From the NCBI GenBank assembly GCA_963827685.1, contig CAWHBU010000003.1, positions 576,001 through 640,000 on the forward strand: a stretch of DNA of 64,000 bases, given 5' to 3'. The notes under the pieces were generated by a model. It did no database searches. It saw only the letters and a list, made by a program, of their open reading frames with translations, and was not told the origin of the DNA. This stretch comes from an uncultured delta proteobacterium. Lineage in GTDB: Bacteria > Desulfobacterota > BSN033 > UBA1163. The position numbers and the translations under genes are program-made. Positions 42,345 through 53,238 of the stretch are shown here, in pieces (position 1 is the stretch's first letter; each line of letters starts with the position of its first letter).

Positions 42345-42734
42345 TCACTTAACTTCGACCGTCCCCCCGCCTTCTTCAAGCTTTTTCTTCATCGTTGCGG
42401 CTTCGTCCTTCGAAACCCCTTCTTTAACTGGCTTGGGGACACCTTCAACAAGGTCTTTGGCTTCCTTCAAACCCAACCCGGTCAGTTCCCTGACCACTTT
42501 GATCACCTGGATCTTCTTATCACCAAAACCCGTCAGGATCACATCAAATTCTGTCTTCTCTTCAGACGGGGCGGCTTCCGCCCCGGCGACTGCCCCAGCA
42601 ACTGGCATGGCCGCCATTGTCATCGGCACAGAGGCCTTGATTCCCAATTTTTCTTCCAAGACCTTCACCAAGTCACGCGCTTCCAACAAGGTTAACCCAC
42701 CGATCTCTTCAGCAATTTTTTGGATGTCTGCCAT
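42345..42734 (-). CDS. rplL: 50S ribosomal protein L7/L12
   Basis: [32 protein letters not shown]. Confidence 0.98.
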   Translation of the reverse strand: MADIQKIAEEIGGLTLLEARDLVKVLEEKLGIKASVPMTMAAMPVAGAVAGAEAAPSEEKTEFDVILTGFGDKKIQVIKVVRELTGLGLKEAKDLVEGVPKPVKEGVSKDEAATMKKKLEEGGGTVEVK

Positions 42735-42821
42735 TTTGAAAATCCTCCTATCTTATTAATTAGAAAGTGGAATGTGGAAAGCGGCCCAAAAGCCTATCCT
42801 CTCTCCTCCACTTTTTTAACG

Positions 42822-43358
42822 TTATGTTTCAGATCCTGTTTGTTTCTCCAGTTGATCGACACGGGCCTGAAGGATTCCAAGCGTCCGCTGAATCGCATTG
42901 TACAGAACTGCTCCAAGTTGACTGGCTGTCCCCTGAATCCCTCCCAGGACTTGCCCAAAAAGCACTTCACGAGAAGGCATCGTTGCCAGGGCCTTAACCT
43001 CTTCAGGAGACGCCACCTTTCCTTGAATCAACCCGACCTTAATTTCAAGGTTGGGTTGTATTTTGACGAATTCCAATAAGATCTTTGCCAAAAGGACGGG
43101 ATCTCCATAAGAAATCGCCATCGCTGTGGGTCCTTCAAAATAGTTATCCAGTTTCTCCAAGTCCGTCCCTTTAGATGCCAGTTTCATCAGCGTATTTTTG
43201 ACCACGTGATAGGAAATCTTCTCTTCCCTTAACCGTTGCCTCAAACGACTCATCTGCTCAACATTGAGCCCCCGGTGATTGGTCAGGACAACAGCCCGAA
43301 ACCCCTTTACCCGTTCACCAAGATCTGATACGACCTGTGCTTTCTCTTTCCGATTCAA
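42822..43358 (-). CDS. rplJ: 50S ribosomal protein L10
   Basis: RGLNVEQM..LR, VVKNTL, GPTAMA. Confidence 0.96.
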   Translation of the reverse strand: MNRKEKAQVVSDLGERVKGFRAVVLTNHRGLNVEQMSRLRQRLREEKISYHVVKNTLMKLASKGTDLEKLDNYFEGPTAMAISYGDPVLLAKILLEFVKIQPNLEIKVGLIQGKVASPEEVKALATMPSREVLFGQVLGGIQGTASQLGAVLYNAIQRTLGILQARVDQLEKQTGSET

Positions 43359-43395
43359 CGAACGCTACCTCCTCCGATGAAGTCCGTCGCCTTTC

Positions 43396-44103
43396 TTAGG
43401 ACTTCAAAACATTTCTCACATCAAGTGGGTCAATTTTAATTCCAGGCCCCATGGTTGTGGATAAGGCAATGCTACGTAAATAGATCCCTTTGCTGGTCGG
43501 TGGTTTTGCCCGCATGATCACTTCCAGAAGCGTTTTGATGTTTTCTGACAATTGACCAAATCCAAAAGAGACCTTTCCTACAGGGACATGGATCACCCCG
43601 GCTTTCTCGACTTTAAACTCCACCTTGCCTGCTTTGATCTCTTTGACGGCCCTTTCCAGATCGAAGGTAACGGTTCCCACTTTGGGGTTGGGCATCAAAC
43701 CACGAGGCCCTAAAATCTTCCCCAATTTGCTGACCAAACCCATCACGTCCGGCGTAGCAACCGCTTTGTCAAACTCCAACCACCCTTTTGAAACTTTCTC
43801 AATGAGGTCTTCTCCTCCCACGAAATCGGCACCCGCATCCAATGCCTCTTTCTCTTTCTGACCTTTTGCAAAGACCAATACCCGGACCTTCTTGCCCGTT
43901 CCATGGGGGAGGACAACGGTTCCTCGAACCATTTGGTCTGCTTTCTTAGGATCGACCCCAAGGCGAATAGCGAGGTCCACTCCTTCATCAAATTTAGCGT
44001 ACGCCGTCTCCAAAAGAAGTTTAACGCCTTCCTCCAGTTCGTACCGTTTGTTTCGATCAACCTTGCCTCTTGCCTCTAAATATTTTTTCCCTCTCGTTGC
44101 CAT
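43396..44103 (-). CDS. rplA: 50S ribosomal protein L1
   Basis: [43 protein letters not shown]. Confidence 0.99.
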   Translation of the reverse strand: MATRGKKYLEARGKVDRNKRYELEEGVKLLLETAYAKFDEGVDLAIRLGVDPKKADQMVRGTVVLPHGTGKKVRVLVFAKGQKEKEALDAGADFVGGEDLIEKVSKGWLEFDKAVATPDVMGLVSKLGKILGPRGLMPNPKVGTVTFDLERAVKEIKAGKVEFKVEKAGVIHVPVGKVSFGFGQLSENIKTLLEVIMRAKPPTSKGIYLRSIALSTTMGPGIKIDPLDVRNVLKS

Positions 44104-44112
44104 AATCTTCTC

Positions 44113-44535
44113 TTATTCAATCTCCAGACCCATGCTCCTTGCTGTCCCCTCGATCGTGCGGATCGCACCCTCCATGTTCACGGCGTTAAGATCTTTGAAC
44201 TTAATTTGGGCAATCTCCCGAATCTGGTCTCTGGTGACTTTGCCCACTTTGTTGCGATTGGGTTCCCCAGAACCTTTCACAATTTTTGCCGCCTTCTTCA
44301 AAAGAATGGAAGCAGGCGGAGTTTTGGTCACAAAGTTGAAGGACCGATCTGAATAGATAGTGATCACCACGGGGATGATCATTCCTTCTTGTCCCTGGGT
44401 CCGACCGTTAAAGGCTTTGCAAAACTCCATGATGTTGACCCCGTGTTGTCCCAGGGCCGGCCCGACCGGGGGAGAAGGGTTGGCTTGCCCTGCCTGAATT
44501 TGAAGCTTTACCATTGCCGCCACTTTCTTTGCCAT
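44113..44535 (-). CDS. rplK: 50S ribosomal protein L11
   Basis: [23 protein letters not shown]. Confidence 0.99.
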   Translation of the reverse strand: MAKKVAAMVKLQIQAGQANPSPPVGPALGQHGVNIMEFCKAFNGRTQGQEGMIIPVVITIYSDRSFNFVTKTPPASILLKKAAKIVKGSGEPNRNKVGKVTRDQIREIAQIKFKDLNAVNMEGAIRTIEGTARSMGLEIE

Positions 44536-44559
44536 TGCTCACTCCTCAAATGAGGACCA

Positions 44560-45090
44560 TCAATTCTTTTCCACTTGGATAAAATCCAGTTCGACTGGAG
44601 TCGCTCTTCCAAAGATAGAGACTAAAACCTTCAATTTCCTTTTTTCAGGTTTGACCTCTTCAATGGTCCCAATAAAGTTGACGAAAGGACCGTCGATGAC
44701 TCGAACGCTATCTCCGACGCCTAAAGAAACTTTAGGTTTTACCCTCGAAACACCTTCTTTCATTTGAGACAAGATCTCATCAACCTCTCCCTCTGAGATG
44801 GGGATCGGTTTGGTACCATCGCCGGCAAAACCCGTGATTTTTGGGGTGTCCTTGACGATATGCCATGTCTCCTCGTTCAATTCCATTTTCACCAATATAT
44901 ATCCAGGGAATATCTTTCTCTGGGAGGTCTTTCTCTTTCCCTTCACCAACTCCACCACGGTCTCCATGGGGACTAATATGTTGGAGAAAAATTCTCCCTT
45001 GCCCAAGTTTTTAATTCGTTCTTCTAAATTCTGTTTGGCCCTGTTTTCGAAACCTGAATAGGTGTGGACCACATACCACTGTTGCGTCAT
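44560..45090 (-). CDS. nusG: transcription termination/antitermination factor NusG
   Basis: [35 protein letters not shown]. Confidence 0.98.
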   Translation of the reverse strand: MTQQWYVVHTYSGFENRAKQNLEERIKNLGKGEFFSNILVPMETVVELVKGKRKTSQRKIFPGYILVKMELNEETWHIVKDTPKITGFAGDGTKPIPISEGEVDEILSQMKEGVSRVKPKVSLGVGDSVRVIDGPFVNFIGTIEEVKPEKRKLKVLVSIFGRATPVELDFIQVEKN

Positions 45091-45134
45091 AATGTTTACC
45101 ATTTGAATGGAGGAGGAAGTCCATTCCATCCCTT

Positions 45135-45353
45135 TTAACTCACTGCCCTCTTCAATAATTGCTTGATGAGATTTGACAGCCCAGAATCAACAATCCCTAA
45201 GAAGATGGCAATGATAAAAACAGCCACCAAAACAACAAGGGTACCCGAAAGGGTATCCTTCCTTGAAGGCCAGGTTACCTTTTTCAGTTCGGTTTTAACC
45301 TCCCTTAAAAATTGTATTGCCGCTTCAAATTTGTCTTTAATTGAAAATTCCAT
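45135..45353 (-). CDS. secE: preprotein translocase SecE
   Basis: [16 protein letters not shown]. Confidence 0.96.
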   Translation of the reverse strand: MEFSIKDKFEAAIQFLREVKTELKKVTWPSRKDTLSGTLVVLVAVFIIAIFLGIVDSGLSNLIKQLLKRAVS

Positions 45354-45458
45354 CTATTCTATTCCATAAGTAATATGGCAGCCGTGAACCATGTAAGATT
45401 CCTGGCTTGCCATGAACCTAGCATGGTACATGGCTTGCCACGTACCGAATATGGTTCA

Positions 45459-45535
45459 TGGCAGGCCAGGAGGGATTCGAACCCCCATCACCCGGATTTG
45501 GAGTCCGGTGCTCTATCCGTTAGAGCTACTGGCCT
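45459..45535 (-). tRNA. tRNA-Trp(CCA)
   Basis: AGGCCAGTAGCTCTAACGGATAGAGCACCGGACTCCAAATCCGG...GGTTCGAATCC...GCCA. Confidence 0.96.
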
Positions 45536-45618
45536 GTATCTCTATCTGGACAGTAGAGAGCAGAGAGTGGAATGTCGATAGAAATATAAAACAACCCTCC
45601 ACTTTCTACTTTCCATGT

Positions 45619-45768
45619 CTATTTCGTCTCTTTATGAACGGTATGTTTACGACAGAACCGGCAATATTTCTTGAACTCCAACTTATCCGGAGTGGTCCGC
45701 TTATTCTTAGTCGTAGAATAGTTCCTCCGCTTACACTCTGTACAGGACAAAGTCAAAATATTCCTCAT
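45619..45768 (-). CDS. rpmG: 50S ribosomal protein L33 (zinc-binding form)
   Basis: Below ORF-track cutoff; [49 protein letters not shown]. Confidence 0.97.
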   Translation of the reverse strand: MRNILTLSCTECKRRNYSTTKNKRTTPDKLEFKKYCRFCRKHTVHKETK

Positions 45769-45802
45769 CAAATACTCCTAAACGGGAGGTTTACCCTCTC
45801 CG

Positions 45803-47002
45803 TTATTCGAGGACATCACTGATGACGCCTGCCCCCACGGTACGACCCCCCTCCCGAATCGCAAACCGCAACTCCTTCTCCATCGCGATCGGCGTAATCA
45901 ACTCCACCGTCAACGCCACATTGTCCCCTGGCATCACCATCTCCACCCCCTCCGGCAATGCCGCCACCCCCGTCACATCCGTCGTCCGAAAATAAAACTG
46001 CGGCCGATATCCATTAAAAAACGGCGTATGCCGACCCCCCTCCTCCTTCGTCAAGATATACGCCTCCGCCTTAAACTTCCGATGCGGTGTGATCGACCCA
46101 GGCTTGGCCACCACCTGACCTCGCTCCACCTCCTCACGCTTCACCCCTCGAAGCAACGCCCCGATGTTATCCCCCGCCTGACCCTGATCCAACGTCTTAC
46201 GAAACATCTCCACCCCCGTACACACCGTCTTCATCGTCGGCCGTATCCCTACCACCTCCACCTCATCACCCACCTTGATCACCCCTCGCTCTACCCTCCC
46301 CGTCACCACCGTCCCCCGACCCGAGATGCTAAACACATCCTCTATCGGCATCAAAAACGGCTTGTCAATATCCCGAACCGGCTCCGGGATATACGTGTCC
46401 ACTGCATCCATCAGCTTCCAAATCCCACTACACCACTGACAATCCGGCTTCCCACAACCACACTCCAGAGCCTTCAAGGCACTGCCCCGTATCACCGGCG
46501 TCGACTCCCCAGGAAAATCATACCCCGATAGTAACTCCCTGACCTCCAACTCCACCAAATCCAATAACTCCGGATCTTCCACCATGTCCACCTTGTTCAA
46601 AAACACCACGATGTAAGGCACTCGCACCTGCTTGGCCAACAACACATGCTCCCGCGTCTGCGGCATCGGCCCATCCGCCGCCGACACCACCAAGATCGTC
46701 CCATCCATCTGCGCCGCCCCCGTGATCATATTCTTGATATAATCCGCATGCCCCGGACAATCAATGTGCGCATAATGACGCTTCGCCGTCTCATACTCCA
46801 CATGCGCAATCGCTATCGTCAACCCACGCTCCTTCTCCTCCGGCGCCTTATCAATCTGATCAAACGCCATATAGGAGGCCAAATGCTTCGTCGCCAATAC
46901 CTTCGTGATCGCTGAGGTCAACGTCGTCTTCCCATGATCCACATGACCGATCGTCCCCACATTGACATGCGGCTTCGTCCTCTCAAATTTCGGCTTCGAC
47001 AT
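45803..47002 (-). CDS. tuf: elongation factor Tu
   Basis: [28 protein letters not shown]. Confidence 0.99.
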   Translation of the reverse strand: MSKPKFERTKPHVNVGTIGHVDHGKTTLTSAITKVLATKHLASYMAFDQIDKAPEEKERGLTIAIAHVEYETAKRHYAHIDCPGHADYIKNMITGAAQMDGTILVVSAADGPMPQTREHVLLAKQVRVPYIVVFLNKVDMVEDPELLDLVELEVRELLSGYDFPGESTPVIRGSALKALECGCGKPDCQWCSGIWKLMDAVDTYIPEPVRDIDKPFLMPIEDVFSISGRGTVVTGRVERGVIKVGDEVEVVGIRPTMKTVCTGVEMFRKTLDQGQAGDNIGALLRGVKREEVERGQVVAKPGSITPHRKFKAEAYILTKEEGGRHTPFFNGYRPQFYFRTTDVTGVAALPEGVEMVMPGDNVALTVELITPIAMEKELRFAIREGGRTVGAGVISDVLE

Positions 47003-47053
47003 GGCTCAAACCCTCCTTATCTCTCGAAAAGATCTTTCAATCCACCTTTTCCT

Positions 47054-47129
47054 TGGAGCCCACGATCGGATTTGAACCGATGACCTCTTCCTTACCAAGG
47101 AAGTGCTCCACCGACTGAGCTACGTGGGC
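47054..47129 (-). tRNA. tRNA-Thr(GGT)
   Basis: GCCCACGTAGCTCAG...CTTCCTTGGTAAGGAAG...GGTTCAAATCC...CTCCA. Confidence 0.96.
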
Positions 47130-47212
47130 CAAAAATAAAGAAAAACCTGTCAATCAAAAAGACAGGCTGGCCGAATTATTTAAAGATAAATTAACAATAC
47201 AATTTATCACAA

Positions 47213-47288
47213 TGGAGCGGGAAACGGGGATCGAACCCGCGACCCTCAGCTTGGAAGGCTGATGCTCTACCAACTGAGCTACTCCCGC
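47213..47288 (-). tRNA. tRNA-Gly(TCC)
   Basis: GCGGGAGTAGCTCAG...TCAGCCTTCCAAGCTGA...GGTTCGATCCC...CTCCA. Confidence 0.96.
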
Positions 47289-47504
47289 GTATGAATAAGA
47301 AGCAATCTTCACCAATCGCAGATATCCAATCACCAAATTTTCTTCTCGCCTTATTTAAGTCAAAACCCTTCCGGTGAAGATCAAACTCTCCCCCTGTCAT
47401 GCCTGACAGAGGTAGATAATGAACCACGCTTACGGCGTTTGAATTATTCAATTTGAATTTAATAATAAGGTTGAATGGTTCAGACAATCGCCCGCTGGCA
47501 AGCC

Positions 47505-47589
47505 TGGTGGAGAGGGGAGGATTCGAACCTCCGAAGGCATCGCCAACAGATTTACAGTCTGTCCCCTTTGGCCGCTCGGGAACCTCTCC
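47505..47589 (-). tRNA. tRNA-Tyr(GTA)
   Basis: GGAGAGGTTCCCGAGCGGCCAAAGGGGACAGACTGTAAATCTG, long variable arm, CCA end. Confidence 0.96.
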
Positions 47590-47847
47590 GACTCTAAATC
47601 CTCATTTTTTTGATTGAACATTTCCTCCTGGTATAGAAAAAGAATGGGAAATCAATGAGTTACATTAGTGGAATAAGGATCACAAAGAATTTAACTTATT
47701 ATTATTAACAAAATAATTCCTTTTTGTCAAGAAATTTTTTAAGAATTTTGAAAAAAAATAAATAATTCCTTGCCCCTAACTCTGCTTACCCATATACTAT
47801 ATTTCAGCCTCATTCCAAATCTAAATCAATGATGGGGGGTACTCGCT

Positions 47848-49680
47848 GTGAAAAAATTGGGAGGGTGCTTTTTGACCATTTCAGTCGCACTGTCTTTCTC
47901 TCTGTTTTATGCCACTTCAATCCTTTCCCAAGATACATTCCATCAAAAGATTACCCTTAAGGGATTCGATGGGCGTTCACTTACCTTTGAGAGTAAAATG
48001 CCTTACAGCCCTAAAAAAACCTGTGGGGGCTGCCACGATTATAATCAAATTACTAATGGTTACCATTTCCAGCAAGGCCGGACGGATGGAACGGGTAAAA
48101 TCGTCGTGAGTGATACATTCGACCCCAAATATCCTTGGAGTCTGTCCTCAGGCATGTATGGCAAGTTTATGCTGGCTTCTATGGATTCAAGCCAATTGGC
48201 TAAGAAAGTTAATCAACATCCCTCTGAAATTGACAAATCCTCTTTTTCTTTTGTTCAGAATTGCGGGGTCTGCCACCCCGGAGGGGGATGGGGTGAATAT
48301 GATCGGAGCGGTCACCTTTACTATGACGAAGAAAGTAAGAAGTTCGGTTATGAAGATTCAGAAGGAAGTCATCTGTTGGATGGAGACTATACTCCGTTTA
48401 GTAATGGGGATGCTCAATACGGAGCTCCCTGGGACCAAAGCGGCGTGAGCGAAGCCGACTGTCTCATCTGCCACTTAAAGGGGTATCAATGGAAAGAACG
48501 GGCCGCGACCTTGAGAGGAAAGTTTTTTAAGTACGGGCCTACGGTTGGAGTCGGATGGGCGAATATTAAACTCTCTCAGGATGAATCGGGAAATTCAAAA
48601 GTGGATGAGGTAACAGTAGATTATGCCAAAAAAGACGTGGCTGATTTCGAAAATCTTCACCTTCAGATTGTAAGAAGACCCCCTGACGAGAATTGTTGGT
48701 CCTGCCATGCCACGGCTGACGGAAAAAGGAGAGGTCGTCAGTGGAATCCAGAAAAGGATGTCCATAAAGCTAAAGGCCTCCACTGCCTCTCCTGCCATCC
48801 CAGCGATAAGGAGCATCATTTTGCTAAAGGAGATACCATCCAGCAGACAGTGCGAAATGACTTGAACAATAGCATGTATTCCTGCGAAGACTGCCATTAC
48901 AAAGGCAAGGACAAGAAAGCGCCCAGATACAAACATCCTTTCTCCCCACGTCATTTGAAGCTTATCGCCTGTCAGACTTGCCATATTCCCTTTCTGACCA
49001 CCCCAGCAGACCTCGTTTATGAATATGCCTCAACGGGAAAGCCTCTTGTCTATGATACCTCAAAATTTCTCTCCAATGATCCTCTGAACCCCAAAAAGCC
49101 AGTCCCTGGAGTAGACCCAAACATCTGGTATCCTGCTACAACAAAATGGAAGGGTAGAATCGTTCCTGTTAAATCATTAGCGGTTAGCTACTGGGGAGAC
49201 GTGGATCCAAAGACCAATGTGGTGAGACCAATCCCCCTTTGGAAGATACAGGAATTGAAAAAACCCCCTCTCAAAGATGACAATGGAGATGGAATTCCCG
49301 AAGTGAATTCTCTTGATGAAATCAAAGCCTTTTTGAAGGCACTGAAGGGGAATGATAAATATGGGAATCCTGTAGCCTTACATCCCGTGTTGATGAAAGG
49401 CGGTTTTCTTTACCAGCTGGATAAAAAAGGAGAGGTGGAAAAGATGAAACACGAGCAGGCTGAAGTTCTTGACTTCTCTCTCAGCCATAATGTGATGTCC
49501 GGACCGGATGTCATCGGTGCTCGGGGTTGCAAGGAATGCCATGCTAAGAACTCTTCGTTCTTCTTAAGAAAAGTTCTGATCGATCCTTACGATGAGAAAG
49601 GGAAACCCGTCTATATTGAAAATTGGGAACGTCTCGGAATCGATAAAGAAAAATTGAGCCGACTTTTACTGGATCAATAA
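47848..49680 (+). CDS. exported multiheme c-type cytochrome (8 CxxCH)
   Basis: Signal peptide; CGGCH, CGVCH, CLICH, CWSCH, CLSCH, CEDCH, CQTCH, CKECH. Confidence 0.9.
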   Translation: MKKLGGCFLTISVALSFSLFYATSILSQDTFHQKITLKGFDGRSLTFESKMPYSPKKTCGGCHDYNQITNGYHFQQGRTDGTGKIVVSDTFDPKYPWSLSSGMYGKFMLASMDSSQLAKKVNQHPSEIDKSSFSFVQNCGVCHPGGGWGEYDRSGHLYYDEESKKFGYEDSEGSHLLDGDYTPFSNGDAQYGAPWDQSGVSEADCLICHLKGYQWKERAATLRGKFFKYGPTVGVGWANIKLSQDESGNSKVDEVTVDYAKKDVADFENLHLQIVRRPPDENCWSCHATADGKRRGRQWNPEKDVHKAKGLHCLSCHPSDKEHHFAKGDTIQQTVRNDLNNSMYSCEDCHYKGKDKKAPRYKHPFSPRHLKLIACQTCHIPFLTTPADLVYEYASTGKPLVYDTSKFLSNDPLNPKKPVPGVDPNIWYPATTKWKGRIVPVKSLAVSYWGDVDPKTNVVRPIPLWKIQELKKPPLKDDNGDGIPEVNSLDEIKAFLKALKGNDKYGNPVALHPVLMKGGFLYQLDKKGEVEKMKHEQAEVLDFSLSHNVMSGPDVIGARGCKECHAKNSSFFLRKVLIDPYDEKGKPVYIENWERLGIDKEKLSRLLLDQ

Positions 49681-51122
49681 TCTTTTAGCGAAAAGAGTTC
49701 ATCGGGGATGCCCCCGAGACCCCCCGCTGATCTAAGCTTATTTTGAATCGTGGTCCCAGCCCTCGAACCCTCGACCCCTTTCAAGACATTGGAATGATGT
49801 TGAAGGATATTCCCTGACCGGCTGCGCCAGAATTGGTAGTTATGCCCAGACTTTCCATTAAAAGGTTGAACAGGAACCTGATGGTTTCCTTCTCTTAATA
49901 GCTTCTCAAATTCTTTATTCCCTTCCGCAATCCCGTCAAACCCTTCGTTCGATCCGTAGTCAAAATAGAGCCACTGGGGTAACTCACTTATTCCTTCCTT
50001 TTTGATCAGGGTAAAGGGATTGTTGGCTCGGATATATATTGGGTCAAGAGAAGAACTGGAAGGAAGTTTATGAGGCTCGAGGCGGCCGAACACCCCTAGA
50101 AATTCAGGCAGAACCATCTTCAGCATCCACTTATCTTGAAAGAGTCCGATGTCGAGAAGTCCGCTCTGGCTGCTCAGGGACTGGAAAAGATGGGGATATT
50201 TCAGTCCAAGCTTTATCGCTCCGAATCCCCCCATTGAAATACCACCCAGACCCCTTCTCCGAAGAAGCCTCTCCCTGAATGGAGATTGAGATTCTATGTA
50301 TTGCAGAAATTCAAGAAAATAGGATTCATGTTTTCCCAGGGCGCCAGGCTTCATATAAAGGAAAGGAAAGAGCGAATAATTCAGGGCCTCTCCAGGGTAA
50401 AAATCATCACAAGCCTTTTGATTCTTTGTTTCAGGGAAAAGTTTCTTCCCCTCATTCGCATCCGTATAAAACCCATTGTCTCCGTCGGGAAGGACGATGA
50501 CCATCTTCTGAAGGGGATGAAATGGATCGTTCATATTTCTTTGGGGATGAAGGTTATGGGAAACGATCGATTGGGCAATCTCCTTCGGAGTATAATCACT
50601 TTTGGAGAGACCGCCGTATTGAGAGAGTTCTTGGAACCTCATCTCAAGCGATTTTTCCAGATCCCGATAAGTCTGATTTTTCAAATCCATCATCGCATAG
50701 GCAATGACAGCAATACCTTCGTGGAAGAGCCAATGATATTCTTCCTCCTTCACCTCACAAAGTAGCCTCTTTGCTTTTTCAGGAGAGTGGACCTTCCACC
50801 AAATTCCTGTCCGATGAAAGTTATACCCATGGAGAAGAAAGAGAATTGGATATTTGGTGTTCAGATTCTGGAAAAAATCTTCTGGCAGGACGATGAAAAA
50901 ACTTTTCTCCTTACCCAGCGCCGTCGAAAAGAATGTCTCATATCGAACCAGATATTGAAACCTCTGGGACGCCTTTGGGAAAAGGAAATAGGAAAACTCT
51001 GGATCTTCAGGACAACAGGGCGGTTGAGCACTGGAGGAGAGAAAGGAGCCTACGAAGAGGACAACGACGCAAAGCCCCATTACCAGGAACGAATACCATC
51101 TTGTAGTCTTCATCAAAGGCAA
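49674..51122 (-). CDS. exported alpha/beta hydrolase (esterase family)
   Basis: YPILFLLHG, GISMGG nucleophile, GHNYQFW. Confidence 0.85.
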   Translation of the reverse strand: MPLMKTTRWYSFLVMGLCVVVLFVGSFLSSSAQPPCCPEDPEFSYFLFPKASQRFQYLVRYETFFSTALGKEKSFFIVLPEDFFQNLNTKYPILFLLHGYNFHRTGIWWKVHSPEKAKRLLCEVKEEEYHWLFHEGIAVIAYAMMDLKNQTYRDLEKSLEMRFQELSQYGGLSKSDYTPKEIAQSIVSHNLHPQRNMNDPFHPLQKMVIVLPDGDNGFYTDANEGKKLFPETKNQKACDDFYPGEALNYSLFPFLYMKPGALGKHESYFLEFLQYIESQSPFRERLLRRRGLGGISMGGFGAIKLGLKYPHLFQSLSSQSGLLDIGLFQDKWMLKMVLPEFLGVFGRLEPHKLPSSSSLDPIYIRANNPFTLIKKEGISELPQWLYFDYGSNEGFDGIAEGNKEFEKLLREGNHQVPVQPFNGKSGHNYQFWRSRSGNILQHHSNVLKGVEGSRAGTTIQNKLRSAGGLGGIPDELFSLKDY

Positions 51123-51300
51123 TATATCTTTAAAAATGATTCATGACAATAACAAATGGATAAAAATCTATTAAGACTGTTTGAACATCCTCTGGGATTG
51201 GTTTAGAGTATAGGGGATGGGGGAAAGGGTGAAAATGAATTCCTCCTGCCCTGGATCGGCAATTCGTATCCCAGAACCGAGAGTTAGAAGGAGAAAGGAT

Positions 51301-52689
51301 ATGGAGAGAGGTTTAGCGGGAATCGAGGCGATCTTCAATCCAGGATCTGTTGCAGTGATCGGGGCTTCGGACAATCCGGGGAAATTGGGATCTCATGTCA
51401 TGAGAAGCCTGACGGAAGGGCGATATCCTGGCAGAATCTATCCTGTCAATCCAGGAAAAAATGAAATCCTGGGGATCAAAACCTACCCTTCCCTTCCCCA
51501 GGTCCCTGATACCGTTGATTTGTCCATCATCGTCCTCCCAGCCGAACAGGTGCCGCGAATAATAAAGGAATGTCGGGAAAAGAACGTCAAGGGAATCGTC
51601 CTCATCACCGCCGGATTTAAAGAAATTGAAGATAAAAGAGGAGAGATATTACAGAAAGAGATAACAGAATTGGCATGCCAGTCCAACATCAAGATCATCG
51701 GCCCGAATACCTTTGGAATTGTAAATCTCCATCTTCCCCTTAATGCATCGTTTACACCGGAATTCTCCTTGATGGAGAAAGGGGGAATCAGCTTTGTCAG
51801 CCAGAGCGGAGGGATGTCTCACCTGATGGCCTTTCTATCTCTTCAAAACAAAGTTGGATTCAGCAAAATCGTCGGATTAGGAAATCGCTGTAACGTTGAT
51901 TTCGCGGAGATGGTCGAATACCTCCTCCGCGATGATCAAACCAAGGTCATTGCCCTGTATATGGAAGGAATCGATTTCCCGAAGAAATTGATGGAGGTGG
52001 CCAAGAGTGGAAATCGGGAAAAACCTATTCTCGCCTACAAGGTCGGTCGCTCCTCCACAAGTGATAAGGCGTCCCAGTTTCATACGGGTTCCCTCGCAGG
52101 GAGACATGAGATCTACGAGGGCGCCTTCAGGCAGGCAGGTATTCTAACGGTAGGAAGCTCGGAAGAACTCCTGGATGCGGCAAAGGCTTTGGCCATGTGT
52201 CCATTTCCCGGAGGAGCCAAAGTGGCTGTGCTTTCGGGTCAGGCCGGTCCCGGGATGGCGGCCTGCGATGTCTGCGAGATGGAAGGGCTAACGATTCCTC
52301 CTTTCTCGGTAGAAACCCAAAGGAGAGTGGACGAGCTCCTTCCTCCTCTTGCCATCAGAACAAACCCGGTGGATATGGGACCGGCATGGTATGACTCAGA
52401 AGCCATCAAAGGGATTGTACAGGCTGTTCTCGAAGATAAAAGGATTGATGCCGTAATTCTATGCCTCATGTTCGCATCGGCCAACAGGTCTGCTGTCGGA
52501 GTCTTGGGCGACCTATTATCGGAAAGGAGAACAAAGAAGCCGATCCTCTGCTGTCTTTCCTCCCCTCCGGGAATCTGGAATGATGAAATTAAACGGCTCG
52601 AAGGATCGGGTATTCCAAATTATCCTACCCCGGAAAGGGCTGCCAAAACTCTTGTCAACCTTTACAGGTTCAAGAATACGAGAGGTTAA
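51301..52689 (+). CDS. acyl-CoA synthetase (ADP-forming) alpha subunit
   Basis: SVAVIGAS CoA-binding, IIGPN, VSQSGG, FHTGSLAG phospho-His, NPVDM. Confidence 0.9.
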   Translation: MERGLAGIEAIFNPGSVAVIGASDNPGKLGSHVMRSLTEGRYPGRIYPVNPGKNEILGIKTYPSLPQVPDTVDLSIIVLPAEQVPRIIKECREKNVKGIVLITAGFKEIEDKRGEILQKEITELACQSNIKIIGPNTFGIVNLHLPLNASFTPEFSLMEKGGISFVSQSGGMSHLMAFLSLQNKVGFSKIVGLGNRCNVDFAEMVEYLLRDDQTKVIALYMEGIDFPKKLMEVAKSGNREKPILAYKVGRSSTSDKASQFHTGSLAGRHEIYEGAFRQAGILTVGSSEELLDAAKALAMCPFPGGAKVAVLSGQAGPGMAACDVCEMEGLTIPPFSVETQRRVDELLPPLAIRTNPVDMGPAWYDSEAIKGIVQAVLEDKRIDAVILCLMFASANRSAVGVLGDLLSERRTKKPILCCLSSPPGIWNDEIKRLEGSGIPNYPTPERAAKTLVNLYRFKNTRG

Positions 52690-52773
52690 GCTTGGAAGAA
52701 GATACTCTCATTCTTACCACGGGGAGACGAATAGGACTTCTTCAGGATTCATGTTTAAAAACCTTTAACAGGA

Positions 52774-53133
52774 TTATTTCTTGGGATTCAAGATTTCCTC
52801 CACCAAACTCTTCATGCTCGAGAGATCTAAGGGTTTTGTTAAGAAGGCATCGGCCCCTGCCTCTCTAAAAAAGGCTTCGCCCACACCGGATCCAGACATG
52901 ATCAAAATCGATAAGGAGGGGTAATACAGCTTTATCTTTTTTGTTAAATCAAGACCATCCATTTTAGGCATTGCAAAATCAGCGACGACAAGATCATATT
53001 GTTTTTTCTCTACCAGCCTGATTGCCGCTTCGCCATCTTCCACACTCTCTACCTCATACCCGTTCAAAAGAAAGAATTTAGACAAGAGATCCCTTATTTC
53101 TTTTTGATCATCGACAAGCAAAATTCTTTTCAT
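52774..53133 (-). CDS. single-domain response regulator
   Basis: LLVDD, ADFAMPKMDG, KP. Confidence 0.92.
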   Translation of the reverse strand: MKRILLVDDQKEIRDLLSKFFLLNGYEVESVEDGEAAIRLVEKKQYDLVVADFAMPKMDGLDLTKKIKLYYPSLSILIMSGSGVGEAFFREAGADAFLTKPLDLSSMKSLVEEILNPKK

Positions 53134-53176
53134 TTCGCCCTCGTTTGATGTAAGAATTTAGAAATTGAGTAGATAA

Positions 53177-53228
53177 TTACAACCATTAATTGTAAAAGTC
53201 AAGAGGAAAATACAACCAGTGGTTTATA
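53177..53228. promoter_or_regulatory. putative operator sites between divergent genes
   Basis: TTACAA-N7-TTGTAA and a second TACAACCA half-site at 53211. Confidence 0.4.
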
Positions 53229-53238
53229 GACATTCCCG

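Noticed and set aside
47289-47504. Hidden ncRNA or extra tRNA in the long Tyr-Gly spacer
   Set aside because: No T-loop or cloverleaf seen; only a small hairpin
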